Of a stretch of 38,317 nucleotides of DNA, positions 1 to 10,082 are shown piece after piece. The position numbers and the translations under genes were made by a program. This DNA comes from Candidatus Micrarchaeota archaeon (GTDB taxonomy: Archaea > Micrarchaeota > Micrarchaeia > Anstonellales > Bilamarchaeaceae), in the NCBI GenBank assembly GCA_018304385.1, contig JAGVWJ010000007.1, positions 1 through 38,317 of the forward strand, in the 5' to 3' direction. The notes under the pieces are model-generated. The model was not told the origin of the DNA. It was given only the letters and a program-made list of their open reading frames with translations, and searched no databases. How positions within the stretch are numbered: the stretch's first letter is position 1; each line of letters begins with the position of its first letter.

Positions 1-552
1 GTTTCACAAAATACATTACGTGTTACAAAAGTATTCTTAGCATTGGATGCACCTTTAGCTTATAGAAGACATTTTCCAGCAATTAACTGGCTAAAGAGCT
101 ATTCGCTTTATACAGATTCATTGGAAGAATGGCTTATGGAAAATGTTTCAAGCGATTTCCCAAAACTGCGCAAAAATGCAATGGCCTTATTGCAAAAAGA
201 AGCAGAACTCCAGGAAATTGTTCAATTAGTTGGACCAGATGCATTACCTGAAAAAGAACAAGCGATATTAATGATTACTAAAATGCTCAGAGAAGATTTC
301 TTGCAGCAGAATGCATATAGCGATATTGATGCGCGAAGCGAATTTAAGAAACAATATCTAATGCTTAAGACAATTTTGAAATTCCATGAGCGCACAGTTA
401 ATGCATTAGATCTTGGTGTTCAGCTCAAGCGCATTGTAGATCTGCCTACGCGCACGAAAATTGGAAGAATGAAGGAGATCACGAAATATGAAGACTTTGA
501 TAAATTAAATGGAGAGATAGAACATGATTTTGACGGGGTTTTGAAGAAATAA
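1..552 (+). CDS. atpA: A/V-type ATP synthase subunit A, C-terminal part (begins before the window)
   Basis: Frame 1 is open from base 1 (VSQNTLRVTKVFLALDAPLAYRRHFPAINWLKSYS), followed by LQKEAELQEIVQLVGPDALP and LREDFLQQNAY, all typical of subunit A; directly upstream of atpB. Confidence 0.97.
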   Translation, partial: VSQNTLRVTKVFLALDAPLAYRRHFPAINWLKSYSLYTDSLEEWLMENVSSDFPKLRKNAMALLQKEAELQEIVQLVGPDALPEKEQAILMITKMLREDFLQQNAYSDIDARSEFKKQYLMLKTILKFHERTVNALDLGVQLKRIVDLPTRTKIGRMKEITKYEDFDKLNGEIEHDFDGVLKK

Positions 553-570
553 TTTTACGCAGGTGAAACT

Positions 571-1953
571 ATGGCAACATTATTGAAGGAATATAAAACA
601 ATAAATGAAATCGCAGGTCCGCTTTTATTTGTAGAAGGAATAAGCGGAGTCGGCTTTAATGAAATTGTAGAAGTAGCTCTACCAGATGGCGAGAAGAGAA
701 AAGGACAAGTTCTTGACGTTAGCGAAACTATCGCAGTTGTTCAGGTATTCGGTCCAACAGCAGGTATTAGCACTGATCAGACAACAGTAAAGTTTTTAGG
801 AGAAACAATGCAATTAGGGTTAAGCAGCGAGATGCTCGGGCGTGCATTTGATGGATTGGGCGAGCCTAGAGACAAAGGGCCAAAAATAATTCCTAAAGAA
901 AAAGTTGACATAAACGGATTACCAATTAATCCTTATTCACGTGAGTCGCCAAGCGAGTTTATTCAAACAGGAGTTTCTACTATAGATGCAATGAACACGC
1001 TAGTTCGTGGTCAGAAACTACCAATATTCTCAGGTGCTGGTTTACCGCACAATCAATTAGCGGTGCAAGTAGCTCGTCAGGCAAAAGTTCGTGGAAGCAA
1101 TGAAAAATTTGCAGTAGTTTTCGCAGCTATTGGTATTACACATGAAGAGGCAAGCTTTTTCATTAGAGATTTTGAAAAAACTGGTGCGCTGGAGAATGCA
1201 GTATTATTTTTGAATTTAGCAAATGATCCATCTGTTGAGAGATTGATTACTCCAAGATTAGCATTAACTACTGCTGAATATCTAGCATATACACAGGATA
1301 TGCACGTACTTGTTATGCTTACTGATTTGACTAATTATTGTGAGGCATTGCGTGAAATTTCTTCTGCTAGACAAGAAGTTCCTGGTCGTAGAGGTTATCC
1401 TGGTTACATGTACACTGACCTTAGTACAATATACGAGCGAGCTGGCCGTGTTAGCGGAGCAAAAGGAACAGTTACACAATTTCCAATACTAACAATGCCC
1501 GGAGACGATAAGACGCATCCAATTCCAGATTTAACTGGGTACATTACAGAAGGACAGATTATTCTCAGCAGAGATTTGCACAGGAAAAACATTTATCCAC
1601 CTGTTGATGTGTTGCCATCGCTTTCACGATTAATGAACTCAGGTATTGGTCAAGGAAAAACTAGGGAAGACCATAAGGGTGTAGCAGATCAGCTTTATGC
1701 TGCTTATGCAAACGGTCGTGATCTAAGAAGCTTAAGTGCAGTTGTTGGTGAAGAAGCACTTACAGAGATTGATAGAAGATACTTGCGCTTTGCAGATGAG
1801 TATGAGAATAAATTTGTCAGGCAAGGTGCTTACGAAGACAGAACAATAGAAAAAACATTGGAGATTGCATGGGACTTGCTTTCAGCACTTCCTGAAGCAG
1901 AGCTTAAGCGTGTTAAGACTGAGTATATTGGGAAATATTTGAAGAAGAAATGA
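571..1953 (+). CDS. atpB: A/V-type ATP synthase subunit B
   Basis: Motifs [47 protein letters not shown]; SD AGGTGA upstream. Confidence 0.98.
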   Translation: MATLLKEYKTINEIAGPLLFVEGISGVGFNEIVEVALPDGEKRKGQVLDVSETIAVVQVFGPTAGISTDQTTVKFLGETMQLGLSSEMLGRAFDGLGEPRDKGPKIIPKEKVDINGLPINPYSRESPSEFIQTGVSTIDAMNTLVRGQKLPIFSGAGLPHNQLAVQVARQAKVRGSNEKFAVVFAAIGITHEEASFFIRDFEKTGALENAVLFLNLANDPSVERLITPRLALTTAEYLAYTQDMHVLVMLTDLTNYCEALREISSARQEVPGRRGYPGYMYTDLSTIYERAGRVSGAKGTVTQFPILTMPGDDKTHPIPDLTGYITEGQIILSRDLHRKNIYPPVDVLPSLSRLMNSGIGQGKTREDHKGVADQLYAAYANGRDLRSLSAVVGEEALTEIDRRYLRFADEYENKFVRQGAYEDRTIEKTLEIAWDLLSALPEAELKRVKTEYIGKYLKKK

Positions 1954-1965
1954 AGGGTTGATTCT

Positions 1966-2706
1966 ATGCAAAAATCTATAGTCGTTATCGGTGGAAGCGG
2001 ATTCGCTAGCAAATTAAAAGGAAGGGAAGTAGAAGTACCAACGCGATTTGGAAGGGTAGCAGTTCTTTTAAGTGAAACTAGTGAAGCAAAAGTTTATGCG
2101 ATTAGGCGCCACGGAGCAAATCACGACACACCTCCTCATATGGTAAACTATAAAGCGCATATTGCGCTTGCAAAAGAAGTAGATGCTAAAGCAATATTGG
2201 CTAGTACTGCCGTTGGTGTTATAAGTCTTGATAGATATTCACCAGGTGATTTGATTTTATGCAGCGATATACTTGCCCTGAATGTCCTTTTAGGTGGAAA
2301 GGTAGTTACATTTTTTGATAGCTTTGCTGATGGGCCCCATCATACAGATATGTCGCATCCATTCACTCCAGAATTAAATGCACATTTGCTAAGAGCAGCA
2401 GCTGAATTGTCGATTTCACTTAAAGAATCCGCAATATTAGGTGCAACTTATGGACCGCGCTATGAAACAGCTGCTGAGATCCGTGCACTAAAAATATTAG
2501 GTGCTGATTTAGTTGGCATGACCGCGGCATTTGAAGCAATCCTTGCGCGAGAACAAGGAACTCCGTATACCGCTGTTGCGATTGGCACAAATCCTGCAGC
2601 AGGATTAACTGGCAAACCGCTTTCGCATGATGAAGTAATAGAAATGATGTCGCGAAGAGGCGATGATATTCATGGATTGCTTATGAAAGCAATTGAAATA
2701 GTTTGA
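1966..2706 (+). CDS. mtnP: MTAP/PNP-family purine nucleoside phosphorylase, probably 6-oxopurine or methylthioinosine specific
   Basis: IGGSG, RHG..H..PPH.VNYKA, GPRYETAAEI, GADLVGMT and TNPAAG motifs of the trimeric PNP/MTAP family. Confidence 0.88.
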   Translation: MQKSIVVIGGSGFASKLKGREVEVPTRFGRVAVLLSETSEAKVYAIRRHGANHDTPPHMVNYKAHIALAKEVDAKAILASTAVGVISLDRYSPGDLILCSDILALNVLLGGKVVTFFDSFADGPHHTDMSHPFTPELNAHLLRAAAELSISLKESAILGATYGPRYETAAEIRALKILGADLVGMTAAFEAILAREQGTPYTAVAIGTNPAAGLTGKPLSHDEVIEMMSRRGDDIHGLLMKAIEIV

Positions 2707-2727
2707 ATATAAGGAGGGCAGAAGACG

Positions 2728-3369
2728 ATGGCTGATGTTATTCCAACAAGAATGGAGTTAATAAAAACAAAAGAACGCATTACGCTAGCAGTAAAAGGTC
2801 ACAAACTGCTTAAGCAAAAAAGAGATGCGCTAATCTTGGAATTCTTTAAAATCCTAAAGAAAGCACAGGATCTAAGAGGCGAGCTTGCGAAGCGCATAGG
2901 TGTTGCTTACAAAAGCTTAGCTTTAACTGAGGTTTACCACACGCTTTACGAACTGGAAAATGTTTCTTTGAATCTTAAGAAAAATATTGATATTGAAATT
3001 GATGTAAAGAACGTCATGGGTGTTAAGATTCCATATATAACCTCGCATATGGAGGCAAAGCACTTTATGGATCTTCCTACTTATTCAGTCGCTGCAACAT
3101 CTGCTAAGATAGATTCAGCAGTAGAAAAGTTTGATGAAATATTGCAAATAGTAATTAAACTAGCAGAAACTGAAACTGCGATTAAAAGGCTTATTCTAGA
3201 AATAGAAAAAACAAAGCGCAGGGTTAATGCACTTGAGTACAATCTTATTCCACGCTTAGAAGAGCAAAAAAGACTTATCTCTTTTAGATTGGATGAAATG
3301 GAACGCGACAGCTTTGTAAGCCTGAAGGTAATTAAAAGAAGACTGGAAAAAGAGAAGAGGGCAGGTTAA
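2728..3369 (+). CDS. atpD: A/V-type ATP synthase subunit D
   Basis: PTRMEL, GHKLLKQKRDAL, EIEKTKRRVNALEY and LDEMER motifs. Confidence 0.97.
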   Translation: MADVIPTRMELIKTKERITLAVKGHKLLKQKRDALILEFFKILKKAQDLRGELAKRIGVAYKSLALTEVYHTLYELENVSLNLKKNIDIEIDVKNVMGVKIPYITSHMEAKHFMDLPTYSVAATSAKIDSAVEKFDEILQIVIKLAETETAIKRLILEIEKTKRRVNALEYNLIPRLEEQKRLISFRLDEMERDSFVSLKVIKRRLEKEKRAG

Positions 3370-4137
3370 TTATCTAACTCTTAATCCTCTTAACGCCTCA
3401 AATGGCCTATGGCCAAAATCCCGTTCACGAGTTCTTGGTCTTTCAATTCTTCTTGGTTCTTCCCTTATTCTTCCTGCATCTACATTAGCCAATATTCTTC
3501 GTAGGATTTCTCTTCTATCAAAATCATCCCTGTTTTTCCATCTTGACATTAGAGAATATACGCTTGAATTTCCTTTAGCCATTTCTGTAAGTATAGCCTC
3601 GTTTATTCTTCTTCTACCCTCGAATTTTAATTCAATTATGAGCCTGCCTGCAATATCTACAGAGTATTCTCCTGACGCCTTAATTGCAATTTCCAGTAGC
3701 AAGCCATGTTTATCATTTTTTGCAATAACATCTAATAGATCGAAAAACTTGGTTTGATGTCTTCTAGCTATATCAATTAGTTTTTGCCTTATTCCTTCTA
3801 ATTGCCGTGCTTCTCTTAATTGTCCTATTTGAATTGCAAAATAAGCAAAGTGTTCATTTACTTGATCTATTAGTATTTTTTCTACTGTTTTTGCGCCTAT
3901 TTCGTTATTCATTAATTTTTTTACTAATATATCTAGAACAGTTCTATCTAAAGTTATCATTTCTCTAAAAATATCACAAACAGTCTTCTCAGTATCTGGG
4001 GTAACAGTTAATAGGAGCATTTGAACTGTCGACTGCGAATTCCATAGCAGTGCTCGTGCTAACTCTCTTCTTCCTTCACCTTCAGCAGAACTAAAATTAG
4101 TTACTACTAAATGAACTTGTGCTTGTATAGAATGCAT
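3370..4137 (-). CDS. Hypothetical helical protein with Arg-rich C-terminal tail
   Basis: 255-aa ATG-initiated ORF filling the gap between convergent atpD and the divergent SIMPL gene; no family recognised. Confidence 0.7.
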   Translation of the reverse strand: MHSIQAQVHLVVTNFSSAEGEGRRELARALLWNSQSTVQMLLLTVTPDTEKTVCDIFREMITLDRTVLDILVKKLMNNEIGAKTVEKILIDQVNEHFAYFAIQIGQLREARQLEGIRQKLIDIARRHQTKFFDLLDVIAKNDKHGLLLEIAIKASGEYSVDIAGRLIIELKFEGRRRINEAILTEMAKGNSSVYSLMSRWKNRDDFDRREILRRILANVDAGRIREEPRRIERPRTRERDFGHRPFEALRGLRVR

Positions 4138-4254
4138 ATAACTTGCTTAATAGCAACAATTTAAATTAATTAGCCTTTCACCTAACTATTTGTAACATAT
4201 TTAAATCTAGCTGCTGCTTTAGTACTAGTTATCTATTCTTATGAGGTGAAATTT

Positions 4255-5088
4255 ATGGTATTCGGTAAAGAAGAACCAGGCTTAAATATGTGGCTACCAG
4301 TTTTTGTTTTTATTATAGTAGCGTTAGCAGGTATGTATGTTATATCAAATCAGGTAAAACCTCAGAATTTTTATGTTAATCAAGATCCGCCCAGGGATTA
4401 TATCTCTGTTCAAGGTGAAGCTAAAACAAAGGTTGCACCAAATCTTGTCAAAATATCTTTTACAGTAGAAACAAATGATACATCTTCTGCCAAGGCTGCA
4501 CAAGAGAAAAACTCCGAGGCAGTTAATAAAATAATTACAGAGCTTAAGGTAGCTGGATTAACTGATAAAGACATCGAGACAATATCCTTCACAGTACAAC
4601 CAATAAAAGTTAGCAAATGGAAATGTTCGGTTGAAGGAGATGACAAATGCGATTATTATGATAGAGTTTATTATGATGAACTTATTGGGTACAAAGCAGT
4701 TCATGGTTTCTCAGTTAAATCTGAAGATACTAAAAGAGGCGGCGCGCTATTAGATGCTATTGCAGCAGGCGGCGGCAATGATGCTAAAATAAACTCAGTA
4801 TTCTTTACTCTAAAGGATGAGACACGCGATCAGCTAGAGCGCGAATTATTAGAAAAAGCATCCCAAGACGCTCGAAATAAAGCGCAAAAGATCGCATCTG
4901 GTTTAAGCGCAAGTTTAGGCAAGGTTATCTCTGCTAGCGAGAGCGTAAGATATCCATCTTATGACTATTATCGTTCTCCAATGGCAGCCATCGCAGAAAC
5001 AGGTGCTTCAAAGGCAGCTGATACAGAGGTATTTGCCAGCGATATAGAAGTCACTGCAACTGTAAGCGTAAGCTTTGAAGTGAGTTGA
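4255..5088 (+). CDS. SIMPL (DUF541) domain membrane-anchored protein
   Basis: N-terminal TM helix; ISVQGEAKTKVAP, ALLDAIAAGG...INSVFFTL, A.QDARNKAQ.IA and EVTATVSV.F match the SIMPL pattern. ATG 4255 follows SD GAGGTG. Confidence 0.9.
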   Translation: MVFGKEEPGLNMWLPVFVFIIVALAGMYVISNQVKPQNFYVNQDPPRDYISVQGEAKTKVAPNLVKISFTVETNDTSSAKAAQEKNSEAVNKIITELKVAGLTDKDIETISFTVQPIKVSKWKCSVEGDDKCDYYDRVYYDELIGYKAVHGFSVKSEDTKRGGALLDAIAAGGGNDAKINSVFFTLKDETRDQLERELLEKASQDARNKAQKIASGLSASLGKVISASESVRYPSYDYYRSPMAAIAETGASKAADTEVFASDIEVTATVSVSFEVS

Positions 5089-5117
5089 CTACTGCCTTGA
5101 GTAATGAGCCATGAGCA

Positions 5118-5549
5118 ATGAGCAAAATGAACAAAGAGGAATTAAATAAAAAACTCTTGGACGCAGCAGGAAAAGGGGATTTAGAAGGAGTAAAAAAAGC
5201 CCTTAAAGCAGGAGCTGATGTAGCTACTGTGACTGTGAATAGACAGACTGCTCTTATGCGGGCTGCATCTAGTGGCAATCTAAAACTAGTGAAATATCTG
5301 GCTGAAGAGGGGGGAGCAGGAGCGGACATAGATGTTCCGGATGATAGCTATTGGACTGCCCTCATGTGGGCTGCTTGCAAAGGCAATCTTGAAATAGTAA
5401 AATACCTGTTAGGTAAATGGGGGGCGAGCGTAGCTATAGAGGGGTTTACTTATGGACAAGATGAGGTTAGATGGTCTGTTCTCAAGTGTGCTATTGCTAG
5501 CGGTAATATAAAATTAGTGAAATATCTAAAGGATAAAGGAGCGAGGTAA
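5118..5549 (+). CDS. Ankyrin-repeat protein (4 repeats, no signal peptide)
   Basis: LLDAAGKGDLEGVK.AL..GAD, TALMRAASSGNLKLVKYL, TALMWAACKGNLEIVKYLL, SVLKCAIASGNIKLVKYL. Start could be 5127. Confidence 0.93.
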   Translation: MSKMNKEELNKKLLDAAGKGDLEGVKKALKAGADVATVTVNRQTALMRAASSGNLKLVKYLAEEGGAGADIDVPDDSYWTALMWAACKGNLEIVKYLLGKWGASVAIEGFTYGQDEVRWSVLKCAIASGNIKLVKYLKDKGAR

Positions 5550-5592
5550 ATGCTAAGAATGAAGGCGGATTGACTGTAAAACAGTGAACAAA

Positions 5593-6246
5593 ATGACTGA
5601 CGAAATAGTTGTAACGCGTGATGTGCTCAAAGCAATAGGTGCAGACACAAGAATAGAAATTCTCAAATCACTAGAAGAAAGGCAAAAAACACAAAGCGAG
5701 CTTGCCTTAGAGCTTAAACTAGCTGCACCAACAGTGCTCGAGCACTTAGAACATCTTGCGCATGCTGGCTTAGTTGAAAAACTAGAAGAAGGAAGAAAGT
5801 GGAAATATTACAAATTGACTAAAACTGGCAAGAAGATTGTAAGTAAAACACCTGTGAATGTTGTTATGCTTCTGGGTTTTAGCATAATGTTTGCACTTGC
5901 AGCGCTTTTGTTGATCTCGCAAAAAGCTGCCTTTTTTGTTTCTAGTCCGCAAGCTCCAACTATGGCAATTAGTGAGAAAGCTGATATTGAAAGAGAAAGC
6001 ACAAAACCAGAGGCTACTAAAATTTCTTATTCTATTAATGAAATGGACGAGCTTTCACTTCCTGCTGCAGCACCTATGCCTGCTTTACAGAATAAAACCA
6101 TGCAAGAAAATAGAACTGTTGATAAAAACGAAAGTGCAGTTACGCAAAAAACAGAAGCTCAAAATATTTTACCAGAGTTATTAGTTTTAGTAATAGCGGT
6201 ATTTGCAACTGGATTTTCCATTGGATACATAATAAGAAAAAACTAA
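5593..6246 (+). CDS. ArsR-type winged-helix regulator with two TM helices
   Basis: DTRIEILKSL...TQSELA.EL....PTVLEHL..L..AGLV...RKWKYYKLT wHTH, then two hydrophobic segments flanking a polar loop. The ORF track starts at GTG 5584; ATG at 5593. Confidence 0.85.
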   Translation: MTDEIVVTRDVLKAIGADTRIEILKSLEERQKTQSELALELKLAAPTVLEHLEHLAHAGLVEKLEEGRKWKYYKLTKTGKKIVSKTPVNVVMLLGFSIMFALAALLLISQKAAFFVSSPQAPTMAISEKADIERESTKPEATKISYSINEMDELSLPAAAPMPALQNKTMQENRTVDKNESAVTQKTEAQNILPELLVLVIAVFATGFSIGYIIRKN

Positions 6247-7109
6247 TTTACTAAATCAAAAAATGCCTTAAAATCACTATACGCGCGCGCCCCTACTATT
6301 ATTATAGTATATTTATCTTCTTGTTGTATTAAACTAGTTCCTCTTACAACAGTTCTTACCTTTTTGAGGTCATCTAGTGTAGTTTTATCCTTTGGGATCT
6401 GGATTACAAAGGTTGGTGTTCCACTTATCCCTAATCTTGTAGCATCCTGAATATCTGCATTGACCTCATTTTTGTATTTTTCACTATCAACACAGCTATT
6501 GAATTGATTCATGTTTAGTTCAAGTTCATTTGCATATTCTTGGAATTTTTGTTTTGCTGAAGAAACACTTCCTATATCCCAGAGATTCTGAGTTTGATAT
6601 AGTTTATTGTGCATTTCCCAGAATTTATCTTGCTCATTTGCGCATCTTGTAGCATGCGATGCAAGCATCGCTTTATTATGAATCTCTGGTTGCGGGAAAT
6701 CTCTATAATAAAATTTTACCTTGCTTGTATTTAAATACTTAGAAATCATGATTGACTCTACTTCATTATAGAATTTTTTACAAAATTCGCATTGATAATC
6801 GCCAAATTCTATAAAAGTTATTGGTGCATTATTATCTCCCAATGGAGGAAGGCTGCCTAAATAATTGCTTAATGTAGGTAAGCTACCCTTTTGCCCTAAT
6901 TCTGTTTTTATTTCGTTTTTTATTTTTTCTTTTTCTGCTCCAAAACCACTAGTTACGAATAAATATATTATAACTCCAATTAGTAGTACTATTATTGCTA
7001 CATAAAACATTTCCTTGTCTGTCATAGTTGTTGGCTTGTTAGTTTGTTCTTGTTTTTTATCTACTTTTTCTTCTTTCGTTGTCTTTACTTTGGCTGTTTT
7101 TTTTGGCAT
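6243..7109 (-). CDS. DsbA/BdbD-family thioredoxin-fold protein, membrane anchored
   Basis: TM helix, then LGDNNAPITFIEFGDYQCEFC (CxxC), YRDFP, DKFWEMH and GISGTPTF (cis-Pro loop). Confidence 0.93.
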   Translation of the reverse strand: MPKKTAKVKTTKEEKVDKKQEQTNKPTTMTDKEMFYVAIIVLLIGVIIYLFVTSGFGAEKEKIKNEIKTELGQKGSLPTLSNYLGSLPPLGDNNAPITFIEFGDYQCEFCKKFYNEVESIMISKYLNTSKVKFYYRDFPQPEIHNKAMLASHATRCANEQDKFWEMHNKLYQTQNLWDIGSVSSAKQKFQEYANELELNMNQFNSCVDSEKYKNEVNADIQDATRLGISGTPTFVIQIPKDKTTLDDLKKVRTVVRGTSLIQQEDKYTIIIVGARAYSDFKAFFDLVN

Positions 7110-7193
7110 AAATTGGTTGCTTACATTAGGTATTTAAATATATGGGAGTACAATTATTATTACCTTTTTTTAGTTATCTATATAAGGGTTATT

Positions 7194-7889
7194 ATGACGA
7201 CTTTAGATAAGGCTATAATCGCCTCTTACGAGCATGGTGGCAATCGTTTCGAACTCTATGTTGATCCTGACGCTGCGTATGCATATAAAGAGGGAAGAAA
7301 GCCTGATTTGAAGAACATACTTGTATCAGAAGAGATTTATTCAGATGCTAAAAAAGGCGAACGCGCAAAAGCAGAGCCGGTTCAGAAGACTTTCGGAACC
7401 AGTGACATAGTAAAAATCCTAGAGTTTATATTAAAAAATGGAGAGATACAACTTACTACTGAACAGAGAAAAAAGAAATTAGAAGAGAAAAGAAAACAAA
7501 TAGTTGCAATATTGCTCCGTGAGGCTATTGATCCGCGTACTAATGCACCGCATACGCAGTTGCGTATTGAAAATGCATTAGATGAAGCAAGGATCTCACT
7601 TGATCCGTTTAAAGATCCAAGGGATCAGTTGCCTGATATAATCAAAGAGCTTCGGCTAATACTTCCGCTGAAGTTTGAAAAAATTAGAATTGCAGTAAAA
7701 ATATCGCCTTTATATGCGCATAAGTGCTATAGTGTTCTAAAGAACTATGGCATGATGCAAGAAGAATGGGCAAAAGACGGAAGTTTTATTGCAGTTGTTG
7801 AAATATTTGGTGGCATGCAAGGAGAGTTTTACGATCGTGTTAATAAATTAACAAATGGAAGTGTGGAAACGAAATTGTTGAAGCAATAG
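7194..7889 (+). CDS. Ribosome maturation factor SBDS/SDO1
   Basis: G.RFELYVDPD, IYSDAKKGE, FGTSD...I..FIL..GEIQLTTEQR, IDPRTNAPH..RIENAL. True start is ATG 7194; the 7044 start in the track overlaps the divergent gene. Confidence 0.96.
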   Translation: MTTLDKAIIASYEHGGNRFELYVDPDAAYAYKEGRKPDLKNILVSEEIYSDAKKGERAKAEPVQKTFGTSDIVKILEFILKNGEIQLTTEQRKKKLEEKRKQIVAILLREAIDPRTNAPHTQLRIENALDEARISLDPFKDPRDQLPDIIKELRLILPLKFEKIRIAVKISPLYAHKCYSVLKNYGMMQEEWAKDGSFIAVVEIFGGMQGEFYDRVNKLTNGSVETKLLKQ

Positions 7890-7900
7890 GATGTGATTTT

Positions 7901-8515
7901 TTGAATAATAAAAGAATAGTATTGCCTGGTGAAAGAATTTCTGATAAGAAATTATTTATGCCTAATACTTTTGTTGAAGGCGAAGAAACATTCGCTGCAG
8001 TAATAGGTATGGTTGATGAAGAGGGTAAATATATTCCTTTGGAATCAAAATATAAACCATTACAAGAGGATGTTCTTGTAGGAATAGTTACAGATATAAG
8101 ACATGCTGGATATTCAGTTGATATAAATCTTTCTTCTCCAGGTTTTATATCGTCTAAAGATTTTCGTGTTCAACTAGAGCTTGGCGACATTGTAAGCTGC
8201 AAGGCAGGACAGGTTGATGAAATAGGCGAAGTCGACTTTTCAGAAGTAAAAAAACTGCCACCAGGTAAGATAATACATTTTCCGCCTGCTAAAATCCCAC
8301 GACTAATAGGGAGAAAAAGCAGTATGATAAGTTTAATAAGAGAGCATTCTGGCGGGGATATAGTAGTAGGGAACAACGGATATGTTTGGATAAGCGAGGC
8401 AAGCAACATTCCATTGGTACTAAAAACTATAAATATTATTATTAGAAAGGCGCACATGTCCGGCTTAACGGATGAAATTGCGCAGTATTTAAAAAATCAG
8501 AAAACAGGTGAATAA
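7901..8515 (+). CDS. rrp4: Exosome cap subunit Rrp4
   Basis: IVLPGE N-terminus, S1 domain (YKP...DVLVGIVTD), KH motif PAKIPRLIGRKSSMI and VGNNGYVW. TTG start with GGATGTGA upstream. Confidence 0.92.
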   Translation: MNNKRIVLPGERISDKKLFMPNTFVEGEETFAAVIGMVDEEGKYIPLESKYKPLQEDVLVGIVTDIRHAGYSVDINLSSPGFISSKDFRVQLELGDIVSCKAGQVDEIGEVDFSEVKKLPPGKIIHFPPAKIPRLIGRKSSMISLIREHSGGDIVVGNNGYVWISEASNIPLVLKTINIIIRKAHMSGLTDEIAQYLKNQKTGE

Positions 8516-9256
8516 ATGGGGCAAGACTCAGATATTAAATTATTAGTTGATGGCAAAAGATTGGATGGTCGCAGCCAGTTTGATCTTAGAAATATTCGTA
8601 TAGAAGCTGGCATACTGCATGATGCAGATGGTTCAGCATTTGTAGAATGGGGTAAAAATAAAGTAATATGCGGTATTTATGGTCCGCGCGAATGCATTCC
8701 AAGGCACGAAGCAAGTCCATATAAGGCATTAGTAAAGTGCAGATATAGCATGGCACCATTTTCCTCGTTGGAAGAGCATAGCAGAAGCGGCCCAAGTAGG
8801 AGAAGTGTTGAGCTTTCAAAGGTTATTCGTGAGGTATTTGAAAATCTTATCATAACAGAGTCATTTCCGCGCACTCAGATTAATATATTTGTTGATGTTT
8901 TGCAATCAGATGGCGGAACGCGAACAACATGTATAACTGCCGCTGCCGTAGCATTAGCAAACGCAGGTATTCCAATGCGTGACATGGCATCTGCAGTAGC
9001 AGTTGGTAAAGCAGATGATATTCTTATTGCAGATCTTGCAAAGGAAGAGGATAATTTTGGCCAGTGTGATATGCCAGTTGCATTTTCATATAGGAAAAAG
9101 GATATTCTTTTATTGCAGATGGACGGGCTGCTTACGCGAGAAGAAATTGAAACCTTGTTAAATGAAGCTGAAAAGGCTTCTGATAAAGTTTACGCTAAGC
9201 AATTCGATGCTTTAAAAAAGGTTTATGAATCGCCAGAAGAAAATTTTAAAATGTAA
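8516..9256 (+). CDS. rrp41: Exosome core subunit Rrp41
   Basis: RLDGR, ADGSAFVEWG.NKV, YGPRE, LQSDGGTRT and catalytic-region DLAKEEDNFGQCDMPVA. Confidence 0.97.
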   Translation: MGQDSDIKLLVDGKRLDGRSQFDLRNIRIEAGILHDADGSAFVEWGKNKVICGIYGPRECIPRHEASPYKALVKCRYSMAPFSSLEEHSRSGPSRRSVELSKVIREVFENLIITESFPRTQINIFVDVLQSDGGTRTTCITAAAVALANAGIPMRDMASAVAVGKADDILIADLAKEEDNFGQCDMPVAFSYRKKDILLLQMDGLLTREEIETLLNEAEKASDKVYAKQFDALKKVYESPEENFKM

Positions 9257-9268
9257 TATTTATGGTAG

Positions 9269-10063
9269 GTGAAAAATATGTCTGAAGAATTTAAGGAAAT
9301 TATAATGTCTCATCTAAGAAAAGATGTTTTGTCGAATTCGCTTAAAAAAGGAGAGCGTTTCGATCAAAGAAAATTTGATGAATTTAGATCAATTGAGATT
9401 CAGAAAAGTGTAATAAAAAATGCAGAAGGTTCAGCATTTGTTAAATTAGGAAACACACAAGTGCTCGTAGGTGTAAAATTTGATGTTGTTACACCATATT
9501 CAGATCGTCCGAATGAAGGTACGATGGTTACAAATGCAGAATTGCTTCCTTTGGCAAGCTCAACGTTTGAGCCAGGTCCACCAGATGAGAATTCTGTTGA
9601 GCTCGCGCGCGTAGTTGATCGCGGCATAAGAAGCGCAGAATGCATTGATGTCAAATCACTATTTATAGAAGAAGGGAAGGTTCTTAGTGTGTATATTGAT
9701 TTATACGTATTGGATCATTCTGGAAACTTTATTGATGCGAGCTCGATTGCTGCGATTGCTGCATTGACTGATACGAAAGTACCAAAGGTCGAGGATGGGA
9801 AAATAATAAGAAAAGAACATAAAGGAAAGCTTGATTTAAAGGCATTGCCAGTTACGGTTACTTCGATACGCGTGGATGATTTCTGGTTGGTTGACCCTAC
9901 TATTGAAGAGGAACTTGCAATGGATTCGCGATTAACTATTGCTACTACTGGAACACATGTTGCTGCTGTTCAGAAAGGCAAAGGTTCGCTTACTAAAAAG
10001 GAGTTTTTGGATAATTTGGACATAGCTTTTAAAAGAGGTAACGACATAAGAAAATTGTTGTGA
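9269..10063 (+). CDS. rrp42: Exosome core subunit Rrp42
   Basis: AEGSAFVKLGNTQVLVGVK, FEPGPPDENSVELARVVDRGIR, LDHSGNFIDAS. Start 9269 (GTG) or 9278. Confidence 0.97.
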   Translation: MKNMSEEFKEIIMSHLRKDVLSNSLKKGERFDQRKFDEFRSIEIQKSVIKNAEGSAFVKLGNTQVLVGVKFDVVTPYSDRPNEGTMVTNAELLPLASSTFEPGPPDENSVELARVVDRGIRSAECIDVKSLFIEEGKVLSVYIDLYVLDHSGNFIDASSIAAIAALTDTKVPKVEDGKIIRKEHKGKLDLKALPVTVTSIRVDDFWLVDPTIEEELAMDSRLTIATTGTHVAAVQKGKGSLTKKEFLDNLDIAFKRGNDIRKLL

Positions 10064-10082
10064 TTCCTAGAGGTGTAATAAG

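Noticed and set aside
7044-7193. N-terminal extension of SBDS in the ORF track
   Set aside because: It overlaps the divergent dsbA start and promoter region; homology begins at Met 7194.
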